NCBI GenBank assembly: GCA_029938595.1
Contig: JAOZUP010000001.1
Coordinates: forward strand, 1,774-45,870
Length of the DNA: 44,097 nt
Reading direction: 5' to 3'
Source: Thermoanaerobaculales bacterium
GTDB taxonomy: Bacteria > Acidobacteriota > Thermoanaerobaculia > Thermoanaerobaculales > Sulfomarinibacteraceae
The notes beneath the pieces are model-generated. The model was not told the DNA's origin. It was given only the letters and a program-made list of their open reading frames with translations, and did no database searches. Made by a program: the position numbers and the translations under genes. The first letter of the stretch is position 1; each line of letters starts with the position of its first letter. Positions 32,052-40,281 of the stretch are shown piece after piece.

Positions 32052-33902
32052 TTAGGGAGCGACCATCTGAGGGTTGATAGGGGCCGACGAAACGGTGGCT
32101 CTTTCAGGAAAGATTTCTGACTGAATCGTGATTCGGAACGCCGGAATCGCCCTCGGCGGGCTGTCCTTCGAGACGATGACGAGGGACACCATCTCCGAAT
32201 GGAGCCCGTTCAGGACATCCGGGCTTTGTCGCGGATGCGCTCGCATCTTGACGATCGTCGACGAGGCTGGGATGAGGTCGAACATTTGAACTCGGTCGTT
32301 TGGGTCGCGAGACGATTTGGGAACTCCCTTGAGGATCGTTTGACCATCCATCAGAAGTCGGAGAGACACCACCTGGCGTTCGCTAACAATTTTCGCGGAG
32401 GGTGGCCCATTCCCCAGGGTAATCCGCACCAATTGAAGTGGCTCGTCTGTGGTGTTTCGCAAAAGGACCCTTCCCAGAACACCAAACCTGGACTCGATCT
32501 CCCCTATGACGGCAGACTGAGCGCCTCCGTTCGAAAAGCGAAGTTCGGCCTCAATTACCGCGCCCGCTTTCAGAACGCGCTTCAGTGGCAGATACATTAT
32601 GTTCGAGCCCGTCGACAGGTCGATCAGGCTTCGGGTTCCGGTTTCCTTGAAGCTGAAGCGCCGCGTGTGACCCGGGAGGCCGGCGTTGGTCACAAAAACT
32701 CCAATTGGTTCCGATTCGATTCCGAGGTAGACCTCCTTCGCGTGATCGAGGGCGATCGTCCGATCACGAATTCCAATTTTGGCGTCTTCCGGCCAGCCGC
32801 TTCTCGAGGCCAATTGGATGCGTGTTTGGCGTTCGCCGGCCAGCAGCGATCGGTACTCGCTGGCGGCCATCTTGTTGCCGAGGGCGCTCAGATGGCCCTT
32901 TGGTGCTCGATAGATGCCGGACATCTTCCAGCTCAGTCGAGGTGTTGACAGGCGGAAGAAATGGTCCTTATAAGCAGGCAGGAACTCTCTAAGCGAAAAG
33001 GATTCTTCGTCGTTACACCCGGCGATGAAGTTCACAGACTGGTTGATGAGATCTTCGAGGATCAGCGTGTAGATTTGATCGAGCTCTCCCGGGCCTCTGA
33101 AATAGTAAAAGGGGTTGAGATCCAGCTGCCGGTGCCGTGAGATCACCGATCTAAGGAGGGTAGGCGGTTTCATGTCGAACCGAAGATAACGCCACGGCGT
33201 AATAAAGCGGGAATACAGTGCACATGCCTGTTCTCGGTCCTTCCCCAACACCGGAACGAACTCGAGTTTTCCTTCACCATCCAGGACATACCTCGCATGA
33301 ACTGGGCCGTAAGCGCCATAGAGCTGGACGAATGTCGCGTCCCTCTGCCGGTGAAATGAAAAGAGGTGAAAAATAGTGTAGTCGAGGTCGTACGCGGCGC
33401 CGAGTTCCTGCCAGAGCAGATATGCCTGTTGTAACCCGTAGCCCCCTACACCGAAGTTGATGACCTCCACGTCCGTCATTGACGCCGATTCGAACTCGCG
33501 TTGGAGAAGATAGGGGAAATCTCCTCCCGGTTGAGTTTCTGCGCCGCGAGCGAACGAACACCCGAAAACACCTATTCGGATAGTGTCTGGTGCCTTTTTT
33601 GAGGGGTGCAGCTGATATGAGCTCGCTGGACGATTCTCTGGCGAGTGAGCTGTCCCGAGCTGAAGGAGGGCTTCATCAGAGAGTGGAGAGAAATCGCGTG
33701 CCAAAAACTCCGGCTCGTGTGTGGTCTCGAAAAATTGGAGGCTGGTACGGTAACTCAAAAACCGTCCGTAAAGGACGGCAGTGATTGCCGCGACTGCAAT
33801 GAATAGAAGCAGGAATTTCGGGGCGAATCTTCTCATCCTTGAACCGGTGCCGGTCATCAGTGGCCCTTTCCCTGGGAATATAGCTTGTGTGGAGAGAATC
33901 AA
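32052..33902 (-). CDS. Membrane-anchored hypothetical protein, possible SGNH-like N-terminal domain
   Basis: 616-aa ORF with TM anchor FAPKFLLLFIAVAAITAVLY. IRIGVFGCSFARG is GDS(L)-block-I-like, with Cys in place of Asp. INFGVGGYG is block-II-like. Start is ambiguous among three ATGs. Domain call is speculative. Confidence 0.5.
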   Translation of the reverse strand: MILSTQAIFPGKGPLMTGTGSRMRRFAPKFLLLFIAVAAITAVLYGRFLSYRTSLQFFETTHEPEFLARDFSPLSDEALLQLGTAHSPENRPASSYQLHPSKKAPDTIRIGVFGCSFARGAETQPGGDFPYLLQREFESASMTDVEVINFGVGGYGLQQAYLLWQELGAAYDLDYTIFHLFSFHRQRDATFVQLYGAYGPVHARYVLDGEGKLEFVPVLGKDREQACALYSRFITPWRYLRFDMKPPTLLRSVISRHRQLDLNPFYYFRGPGELDQIYTLILEDLINQSVNFIAGCNDEESFSLREFLPAYKDHFFRLSTPRLSWKMSGIYRAPKGHLSALGNKMAASEYRSLLAGERQTRIQLASRSGWPEDAKIGIRDRTIALDHAKEVYLGIESEPIGVFVTNAGLPGHTRRFSFKETGTRSLIDLSTGSNIMYLPLKRVLKAGAVIEAELRFSNGGAQSAVIGEIESRFGVLGRVLLRNTTDEPLQLVRITLGNGPPSAKIVSERQVVSLRLLMDGQTILKGVPKSSRDPNDRVQMFDLIPASSTIVKMRAHPRQSPDVLNGLHSEMVSLVIVSKDSPPRAIPAFRITIQSEIFPERATVSSAPINPQMVAP

Positions 33903-33955
33903 CGGTGACGCCGCATGAAAACCGAAATGTCTTCATCGCTCGGAATAGAGGATGA

Positions 33956-35371
33956 TCAATCAAGGTACCCGAGAGCCTTGAGCCTCTCCTCCTCCTCAGC
34001 ATTGAGTGAATTCGCCGCCGTAGTCGGCGTCGTGGCGAGGATGGCGGCATGTTGTCGGAGGGCTTTGATTCGCTCCTCCATCATCACCGTTAAACGGTGA
34101 ACGACATCTGGGTGCCGGTCACTGACATCATGGAGCTCGGCAGAGTCGCTGGAGGGCTGGAAAAGGGCTGTCATGCCCGACTGTCGATCTCGAACAAGCT
34201 TCCAGTTCCCGGTGCGAAGACCCCACGCAGGCTTCCAGAGCTTGTCCTGGAAGAGGACCGAATCACGACCGTCGAAACCAAACCCGCCGGTATCGGATTT
34301 CCGGCGAGGATCTGTTGGCGATTGGTCTCCGCCCGCCATCGCCAACACCATTGTGTGTATATCCATAAGGGTGACGAGTGAGCCGATATGCTCACCGGCG
34401 TTTTCGTGTTTCGGCAGTTTGACCAGAAGAGGGACCGCCACTGACTCTTCGTACACCTGCGAGTGGATGAACTTGCCGTGCTCCCGGAACTCCTCTCCGT
34501 GATCTGATGTCAGGATGATCACGGCACCCTCGTACAGACCCCTCTCCCTGAGGCCAGCAAAGAGGGCCTCGAGGTCGTGATCGAGGTGGCGACATCCTCG
34601 GCGGTACAGGTCGTGGATCAACTCCGTCTCCGCACTCGAAACCTCTCGCCGTTCTTTGTCCGCAGCGAGGAGGTAGCTGGTCGCACAGTTGCCCTCTCGG
34701 TCGCAGAAACGATCTTCTACAGTCTCCGCCAGGTCCTGTCGATATGCTTCGGGCGAATAGTAGGGGAGGTTGGTGCCGCTCTGTTTGACGAAATCCGAGT
34801 GCGCATCATAGAGGTGCAGAAAAAGGAAGAGCGGTCTGTCATCGTCGGCGCGGCCGTCGACAATCTCGAACGTGCGACGGATCGCGCGGTCGGCATAGGT
34901 GGCTCGATGGGGTATGGTCTCGTAGCTTTCAAAGCCCCGGTCGAAACCGAACTCTGGCTTGAGCCAATCGGAGGTGTAGATCCCTGCCGTCGCGTACCCC
35001 TTTTGCCGGAGTTCCTCAGCCACGGTCCCGGTACTCGGTCCGAGAACGTCCTTGCGGCCTTCGACGCCATGTTCCACATGGTGAAGGCCTGTGAACATGG
35101 ACATATGTGCGGGAAGCGTGAAGGGGATTGTCGTGTAGGCGTTGTCAAAGACGACGGCATCGCGCGCAAACCCGGCGAGTGCCAGGGCATTTTCGGCGCC
35201 GTGAGCGGCCACGGCGTCTCGTCTGACGGTGTCCAGCGAAACCAGAAAGATGTTGGGCGGAACAAACTCGGCGGCCGGCGGTCGACCGCAGCCGGAAAAG
35301 ACCGCCAAAAACAGCCCTGCTACGGCAAGGGTTGCGGCTCGGCCTGACGATCCATTGCTGCGCAGGGTCAT
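33956..35371 (-). CDS. Alkaline-phosphatase-superfamily (sulfatase-fold) lipoprotein, Thr-type
   Basis: Lipoprotein signal LAVAGLFLAVFSGC. Motifs IFLVSLDTVRRD, IPFTLPAHMSMFTG and ILTSDHGEEF. Tail is EEEERLKALGYLD. Confidence 0.8.
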   Translation of the reverse strand: MTLRSNGSSGRAATLAVAGLFLAVFSGCGRPPAAEFVPPNIFLVSLDTVRRDAVAAHGAENALALAGFARDAVVFDNAYTTIPFTLPAHMSMFTGLHHVEHGVEGRKDVLGPSTGTVAEELRQKGYATAGIYTSDWLKPEFGFDRGFESYETIPHRATYADRAIRRTFEIVDGRADDDRPLFLFLHLYDAHSDFVKQSGTNLPYYSPEAYRQDLAETVEDRFCDREGNCATSYLLAADKERREVSSAETELIHDLYRRGCRHLDHDLEALFAGLRERGLYEGAVIILTSDHGEEFREHGKFIHSQVYEESVAVPLLVKLPKHENAGEHIGSLVTLMDIHTMVLAMAGGDQSPTDPRRKSDTGGFGFDGRDSVLFQDKLWKPAWGLRTGNWKLVRDRQSGMTALFQPSSDSAELHDVSDRHPDVVHRLTVMMEERIKALRQHAAILATTPTTAANSLNAEEEERLKALGYLD

Positions 35372-35503
35372 TCTTTCTTTTCTCCCGGTCGCGACAGAAT
35401 CCAGAGCAAAAGGCCGCTCACCGATCCGTATGAAAAAGCCGCGATTGCGCCGGTTGGTCGAAGGCGCGGCGACGAGCCTGCTTAATGTATCATCGAACCT
35501 CTG

Positions 35504-36952
35504 GTGGAGGGTTGGTTGGAGTTGTCCTGGGCGTGTGGGCCGATCGGCAGGAACCTGCTGAGAATCTCCTCAGCGGCGATTCTCGTAGCAGGAGCGGCTG
35601 CCTGTGCGCCTGAACCCCCGCCCGCAGAGCACACCGTGGCTCGTCATGCCATTCTCATCGTCATCGACACGTTGAGGGCGGATCGAGTCGGGTACATGGG
35701 GGCGGACCGGGCGACCTCGCCTCGTGTGGATCAACTTGCCCGTGATGGAACGTCCTTCTTGCGTGCGTACGCCAACTCACCGTGGACAGTCCCCTCGACG
35801 GCCACGATCTTGACCTCTCTCTATCCGTCTGAGCATGGGGCAGAGGTTATCGGAGATGTCCGCAATCTCGCCGAAATGCCTCCTCGGCAAATCCATGCCG
35901 CCGTTCGATCTGTCGGAGAGATTCTCCAAGAATCGAGGTTCAGGTGCGGGTTGTTCTCGGCGAATCCATATCTTTTCGGACGCTTTAAAGACGGGTATGA
36001 CACCGCATTCGTCGACCGGCAATCTGCCACCACAATCACCGATCTGGCGCTCGAGTACATAGCATCGGTCCAAGGTGATCGATTTTTTGTCCACATCCAG
36101 TACATGGACCTGCACCCTCCGATCGAGCCGCCGGCACCCTATTTCAATTTGTTTCCGACGCCAGAGGCCGGCCCTCGGGGCGAGCGACACAAGGAGTGGG
36201 CGTTCAGTCGCGGTCGAGATCTCAGCTCTGACGAATTCGTGGAGTTTCGAGACAACAAGCTGGCTTTGTACGACGGAGCTCTGCGTTACATCGACGACGA
36301 AATCGGTCGTCTGATGGATACTCTCGAATCCCTGGGAATCCTCGAGGACACGCTGATTGTGGTGACCTCCGATCACGGAGAGGAGTTTTGGGATCACGCC
36401 GAGCTGGAAGCATTTCTGGGAGGCGACCCACGAGGGTATTACGGCATCGGCCACGGGCACACCCTGTTTCAGGAGCTGCTGCGAGTTCCCCTGCTGTTCT
36501 TTGGTCCGGGCGCTTCGCCCGGGCTCACGGTCGACGACCCGGTCTCATTGCTCGATCTCGCCCCGACGATGCTCGGTCTTCTGGATGTTCGGATCCCGGA
36601 ACAGATGCGGGGAAAAAACCTTCAATCGGTCAATGGGGGAGGGATAATGAAAACTCCGATTTCGACCCCCATCTATGCCGAGTCGCCCGCTTATGGGCCC
36701 AACGCGTGGTGTCTGATCGAGGGAGGTCGGAAATTCATAGCCCGTGATGACGGAGTCAGGCTTCTGTACGATCTGGTTTCGGATCCGCGAGAAACGCATG
36801 ATCTAGCGTCCGACAATCCGGAGCTCGGGCAGGAAATGCAGGATCGACTCGACAGCTTTCGATCGACTTTGGCCCCCGTCGGGCCCACGGACTCCGTGAA
36901 CATCGACGGGAGAACCGAGGAGCAGCTCCGCGCTCTCGGATATGTTGAGTGA
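35504..36952 (+). CDS. Alkaline-phosphatase-superfamily (sulfatase-fold) lipoprotein, Thr-type
   Basis: Lipobox-like ILVAGAAAC. Motifs ILIVIDTLRADR, SPWTVPSTATILTS and VVTSDHGEEF. Tail is TEEQLRALGYVE. GTG start at 35504 is uncertain. Confidence 0.8.
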   Translation: MEGWLELSWACGPIGRNLLRISSAAILVAGAAACAPEPPPAEHTVARHAILIVIDTLRADRVGYMGADRATSPRVDQLARDGTSFLRAYANSPWTVPSTATILTSLYPSEHGAEVIGDVRNLAEMPPRQIHAAVRSVGEILQESRFRCGLFSANPYLFGRFKDGYDTAFVDRQSATTITDLALEYIASVQGDRFFVHIQYMDLHPPIEPPAPYFNLFPTPEAGPRGERHKEWAFSRGRDLSSDEFVEFRDNKLALYDGALRYIDDEIGRLMDTLESLGILEDTLIVVTSDHGEEFWDHAELEAFLGGDPRGYYGIGHGHTLFQELLRVPLLFFGPGASPGLTVDDPVSLLDLAPTMLGLLDVRIPEQMRGKNLQSVNGGGIMKTPISTPIYAESPAYGPNAWCLIEGGRKFIARDDGVRLLYDLVSDPRETHDLASDNPELGQEMQDRLDSFRSTLAPVGPTDSVNIDGRTEEQLRALGYVE

Positions 36953-37015
36953 GGATTCGCCGGCAACTCCCGGACGTCCCCGTCGAGACCGTCTATCGTC
37001 GCGTTTGAACGGTCG

Positions 37016-37231
37016 CTACTCCTCGGCTCCGTCGGAATCGGCCTCGGTCTCTCCTGAGGCCTCCGTCGGCATTTCAGACTCGCCGGACTCGAAGTCCATA
37101 GTGGCGATCGGCTCCTCCTCTGTCGCAGTGGGTGCTTGCTTGGCAGGGGGTTCTTGCGGCTGGGTCGGCCCGGCACACCCGATGACGGAAAGTATGGAGA
37201 TGACAAAAACGACGGCCAGCAGTTGCTTCAT
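37016..37231 (-). CDS. Small acidic lipoprotein (71 aa)
   Basis: MKQLLAVVFVISILSVIGC is a signal plus lipobox, followed by a Pro/Glu/Asp-rich tail. GGAGGG lies 8-13 nt upstream of the ATG. Competing overlapping ORFs lack such features. Confidence 0.55.
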   Translation of the reverse strand: MKQLLAVVFVISILSVIGCAGPTQPQEPPAKQAPTATEEEPIATMDFESGESEMPTEASGETEADSDGAEE

Positions 37232-37515
37232 CTTGGAGCCCTCCTCGAGCTCGATTGATGACGCAAGGCTATCCCAGCCAGGGGCAATCGTCTATCAGAT
37301 GCGAGATTGGTGCGGGGAAACCGGCGATTCGGAATAGCGAAGCCTCCACGGGAGGGTGGGACGCCGGTTCAAAGTTCATATTTGAGACATTTCATCCGGA
37401 CTCGTCCGACCCACTACAGATGGACCCTCCCGAGTTGGTCGTTGGGCGGTGGAGATTGAGGTATTATTCCGCGTCAATCGAAGCGAGGGGCGGGGGAAAA
37501 CCGGTGAGACAACGA

Positions 37516-40266
37516 ATGTGCAGAAAGAGTAGGAGGCTGGCCGAGCTGGTAGCTGGTGGGGCTGTCGCGATCATTGTTGTCGTGTCCGGCGGCTGCACTG
37601 GTGGCGACGCGATCACGCTTGCCGAGGGTCAGAGCTCGCTCCGCTTCGTAGATCTGCTGTCCGTCGCGGAGGTGAGCAGTCCCCTGCAGGGGGTAGAGGC
37701 GATCCATGCCATCGGCGATCTCGAAAGCGTCAAAACCACGCGAACTGTGGAAGCGAGGATGGTGACGGAGGGGGAAGGCGGCTGCCGAGCCGAGGAGCTG
37801 GCGGTCGTTTGTGACGGCGACGACATCAAGGCCTTCTGGGATGTTCCTGTGACCCTCAACAGCTATTCGCGAATCCGGCTGACTGTACGCACCGACAACG
37901 CCGAGTGCTTCGAGATCTCGGTCCAGAACGGCAAGCAGGAGGAGATCTTCCTGGCTCTCGACGGGAACCGCCAGGGCGAGTGGCAGGAGTTGTCGACCCT
38001 CGTAGTGGCGGCTCCTGTGAGCCAGAGCGGGCCACGAGTCCACATCCAATCGCAACCCGGTCGTTCGGGCTGCGATCTCGAGGTGGCGGACGTCCGCGGC
38101 GAGGAGCTCGACATGAGCCCCGACGCCGAACTCGGCTTCCTCAAGGGCCAAAACACGCTTCCGGGTTCCGATCCGGAACTGGGGATCGCCAAGAAGGGCA
38201 TCATGCTGCCGACGGCGGGAAACGTTGGCGCCTTGGCGCCCTTCGACGACAACTTCACGATCATTGAGGCGCTCTTGGCGCCGGCGCCGACCGAGATCAC
38301 CTACCGGGTTGCCGTCCCGGAGGATTCCCGGCTGCTGTTCTCGTACGGCCCTTATCGCGCTTCGATGTCCGTGGATGCGGTTGGTTTTGAGGTTCGCGTC
38401 AAGCGGCGTTGGCGGGCCGCGGAGACCGTCTGGTCCGAGGTCGTCAGGGTCGATGAGAAGAGCTGGTACTGGCAGGAGGCCACGGTCGACCTCAGCCGTT
38501 ACTGGGGCATGACGATCGACCTGACGTTTCGCAGCTTCGCGCCGAACGGCGGTCGTGCCCAGGCGGTGTGGGGGACGCCAACCCTCGTTCTGCCGCGCCA
38601 TCCCGAGGACCCTCCGAATATCATCTTGATAGCGATCGACACGCTGAGGGCGGACCACCTGTCGTGTTACGGGCATCCCGGATCGGTCTCACCGAACGTC
38701 GATGCGTTGGCGGCCGACGGTGTTCGGTTTGCGGACGCCTTCGCTCAGAGCAACTGGACCCGGCCGTCGTTTGCGTCGATCTTCAGCGGTCTGACAGTCG
38801 AAGCGCACGGCCTGGTCGGTATGTTGGATGAGCTTGCGCCGTCCGTGACCACGCTGGCCGAGATCCTGAGGGGGGCCGGCTGGTTGACCCAAGGGATCGC
38901 CTATAAGCCGGCACTGGCCGGCCGGGGCTTCGAGCAGGGCTTCGAATCGTACTTCAACATTCCCAAGGCGACCCACTTGGCCCAAGAGAACCTGAACAAG
39001 GCGATCGCGTTCATTAACCGGCACGGTGACCAGCGGTTCTTTCTCTTTCTCCACTTCAACGACCCCCACCTCCCCTACACCCACCCGGTGCCGTTCTTCA
39101 GCGCCGAGTCGAAGGCGGACATTAAGTCCTTCGGTATGAGGCGGCCCGTCTGGATCTACCCGGACCTGCGGAACTGTTCGTGGTGCGGCTTACCGGGAAA
39201 CCGGGCACCCCGTTTCGACCGCATGAGTCGCCGGCTCTACGTGGAGGAGGTGCGCTACCTGGACGACCGCATCGGAGCGCTGATCGAGGAGCTCAAGTGG
39301 CGCGGCCTCTACAAGGATACGATCATCGTCTTCGTCTCGGACCATGGAGAGACGCTCTGGGACCACTACGACCAGTTCGGCCACGGCGGTAAGAACCACC
39401 ACGACGAGCTCATCCACGTCCCGATGATCATCAAACCCCATCGGGGCTGGGGAGCGGCGAAGGCCGGAGTCGTTGACACCCAGGTGCGGGCCTTCGACCT
39501 CATGCCGACAGTGCTCGAGCTCGCCGGAGTCGATGCCGGCGGCATCGATCTCGAGGCCGAGAGCCTGGCGCCGATGCTCCGGCAGCCTCTTGGCGACGGG
39601 CCGGCACGCCTGGTTGTCAGCACCAACGAGTGGGCGTCAGCCGTGAGGCTCTGGCCATGGAAGTACATCCGGCCCCTGCCGCCGCACAGCGGCCCGGAGC
39701 AGCTCTTCGATCTCGAGGATGATCCCGGTGAGAACCGAGATGTCGCGGCCCATCACCCCGAGATCGTGCGAAAGCTACGGCTCGAGGCGGCCGAACATGC
39801 TCTCATGCACCACGGCGGGCGTTTCGTCGTCGTGATCGAGGACGAAGGGGAGCATGCCGTGCGCGTGATGTGGAGCACCGATGCCGTCCTTGGCCCGGCG
39901 GGCCACATAGGGCTGCCTCCGGCCGGGACCGGCGGCAGAGAAAGACTGCGATTCATAGCCCCTGACTTCGCGTTCGCCGGTCCGGTCGGGACGGATCCGC
40001 TGGCTTTGGTCGCTGGATTCCAGGTTGCCGAGGATGGTTCGTTGCGGGTGTCCGTCGACGGTGGGCCCGAGGTGATAGTCGATCAGTTTCCGATCTACAC
40101 CGCTGGGAACCTCGGTCGGATCGTCGATCGCGGCGAGCCCGGTGTCTTCGCATTCACCTCGCCCGCCAGGTCTCACCGGAGTCGGAGCGGATTCACGCCC
40201 AGCGAGACCCGGGTCGATGCCCGGCAGCTCGAGGCGCTCCGCGCGCTCGGCTACATCGATGATTGA
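37516..40266 (+). CDS. Large lipoprotein: unassigned ~365-aa N-region + Thr-type sulfatase-fold domain
   Basis: From ATG 37516: MCRKSRRLAELVAGGAVAIIVVVSGGC (lipoprotein signal). Motifs IILIAIDTLRADH, SNWTRPSFASIFSG and FVSDHGETLW. Tail is QLEALRALGYIDD. The track start at 37255 adds an unlikely leader. Confidence 0.75.
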   Translation: MCRKSRRLAELVAGGAVAIIVVVSGGCTGGDAITLAEGQSSLRFVDLLSVAEVSSPLQGVEAIHAIGDLESVKTTRTVEARMVTEGEGGCRAEELAVVCDGDDIKAFWDVPVTLNSYSRIRLTVRTDNAECFEISVQNGKQEEIFLALDGNRQGEWQELSTLVVAAPVSQSGPRVHIQSQPGRSGCDLEVADVRGEELDMSPDAELGFLKGQNTLPGSDPELGIAKKGIMLPTAGNVGALAPFDDNFTIIEALLAPAPTEITYRVAVPEDSRLLFSYGPYRASMSVDAVGFEVRVKRRWRAAETVWSEVVRVDEKSWYWQEATVDLSRYWGMTIDLTFRSFAPNGGRAQAVWGTPTLVLPRHPEDPPNIILIAIDTLRADHLSCYGHPGSVSPNVDALAADGVRFADAFAQSNWTRPSFASIFSGLTVEAHGLVGMLDELAPSVTTLAEILRGAGWLTQGIAYKPALAGRGFEQGFESYFNIPKATHLAQENLNKAIAFINRHGDQRFFLFLHFNDPHLPYTHPVPFFSAESKADIKSFGMRRPVWIYPDLRNCSWCGLPGNRAPRFDRMSRRLYVEEVRYLDDRIGALIEELKWRGLYKDTIIVFVSDHGETLWDHYDQFGHGGKNHHDELIHVPMIIKPHRGWGAAKAGVVDTQVRAFDLMPTVLELAGVDAGGIDLEAESLAPMLRQPLGDGPARLVVSTNEWASAVRLWPWKYIRPLPPHSGPEQLFDLEDDPGENRDVAAHHPEIVRKLRLEAAEHALMHHGGRFVVVIEDEGEHAVRVMWSTDAVLGPAGHIGLPPAGTGGRERLRFIAPDFAFAGPVGTDPLALVAGFQVAEDGSLRVSVDGGPEVIVDQFPIYTAGNLGRIVDRGEPGVFAFTSPARSHRSRSGFTPSETRVDARQLEALRALGYIDD

Positions 40267-40281
40267 GGCGAGGAATGCGGG

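Noticed and set aside
36691-37337. ORFs 36691-37206(-) and 36942-37337(+) competing with the small lipoprotein call
   Set aside because: The first overlaps the end of the 35504-36952 gene out of frame. Neither has an RBS or signal features, whereas the 71-aa frame has both.
37474-38676. 400-aa minus-strand ORF
   Set aside because: It is antisense to the large lipoprotein gene. The product is Arg-rich with no motifs.
18565-40266. Annotating the four PF00884-like proteins as genuine sulfatases
   Set aside because: None has the C/S-x-P-x-R formylglycine signature. The nucleophile position is Thr, and no maturation enzyme gene is nearby.
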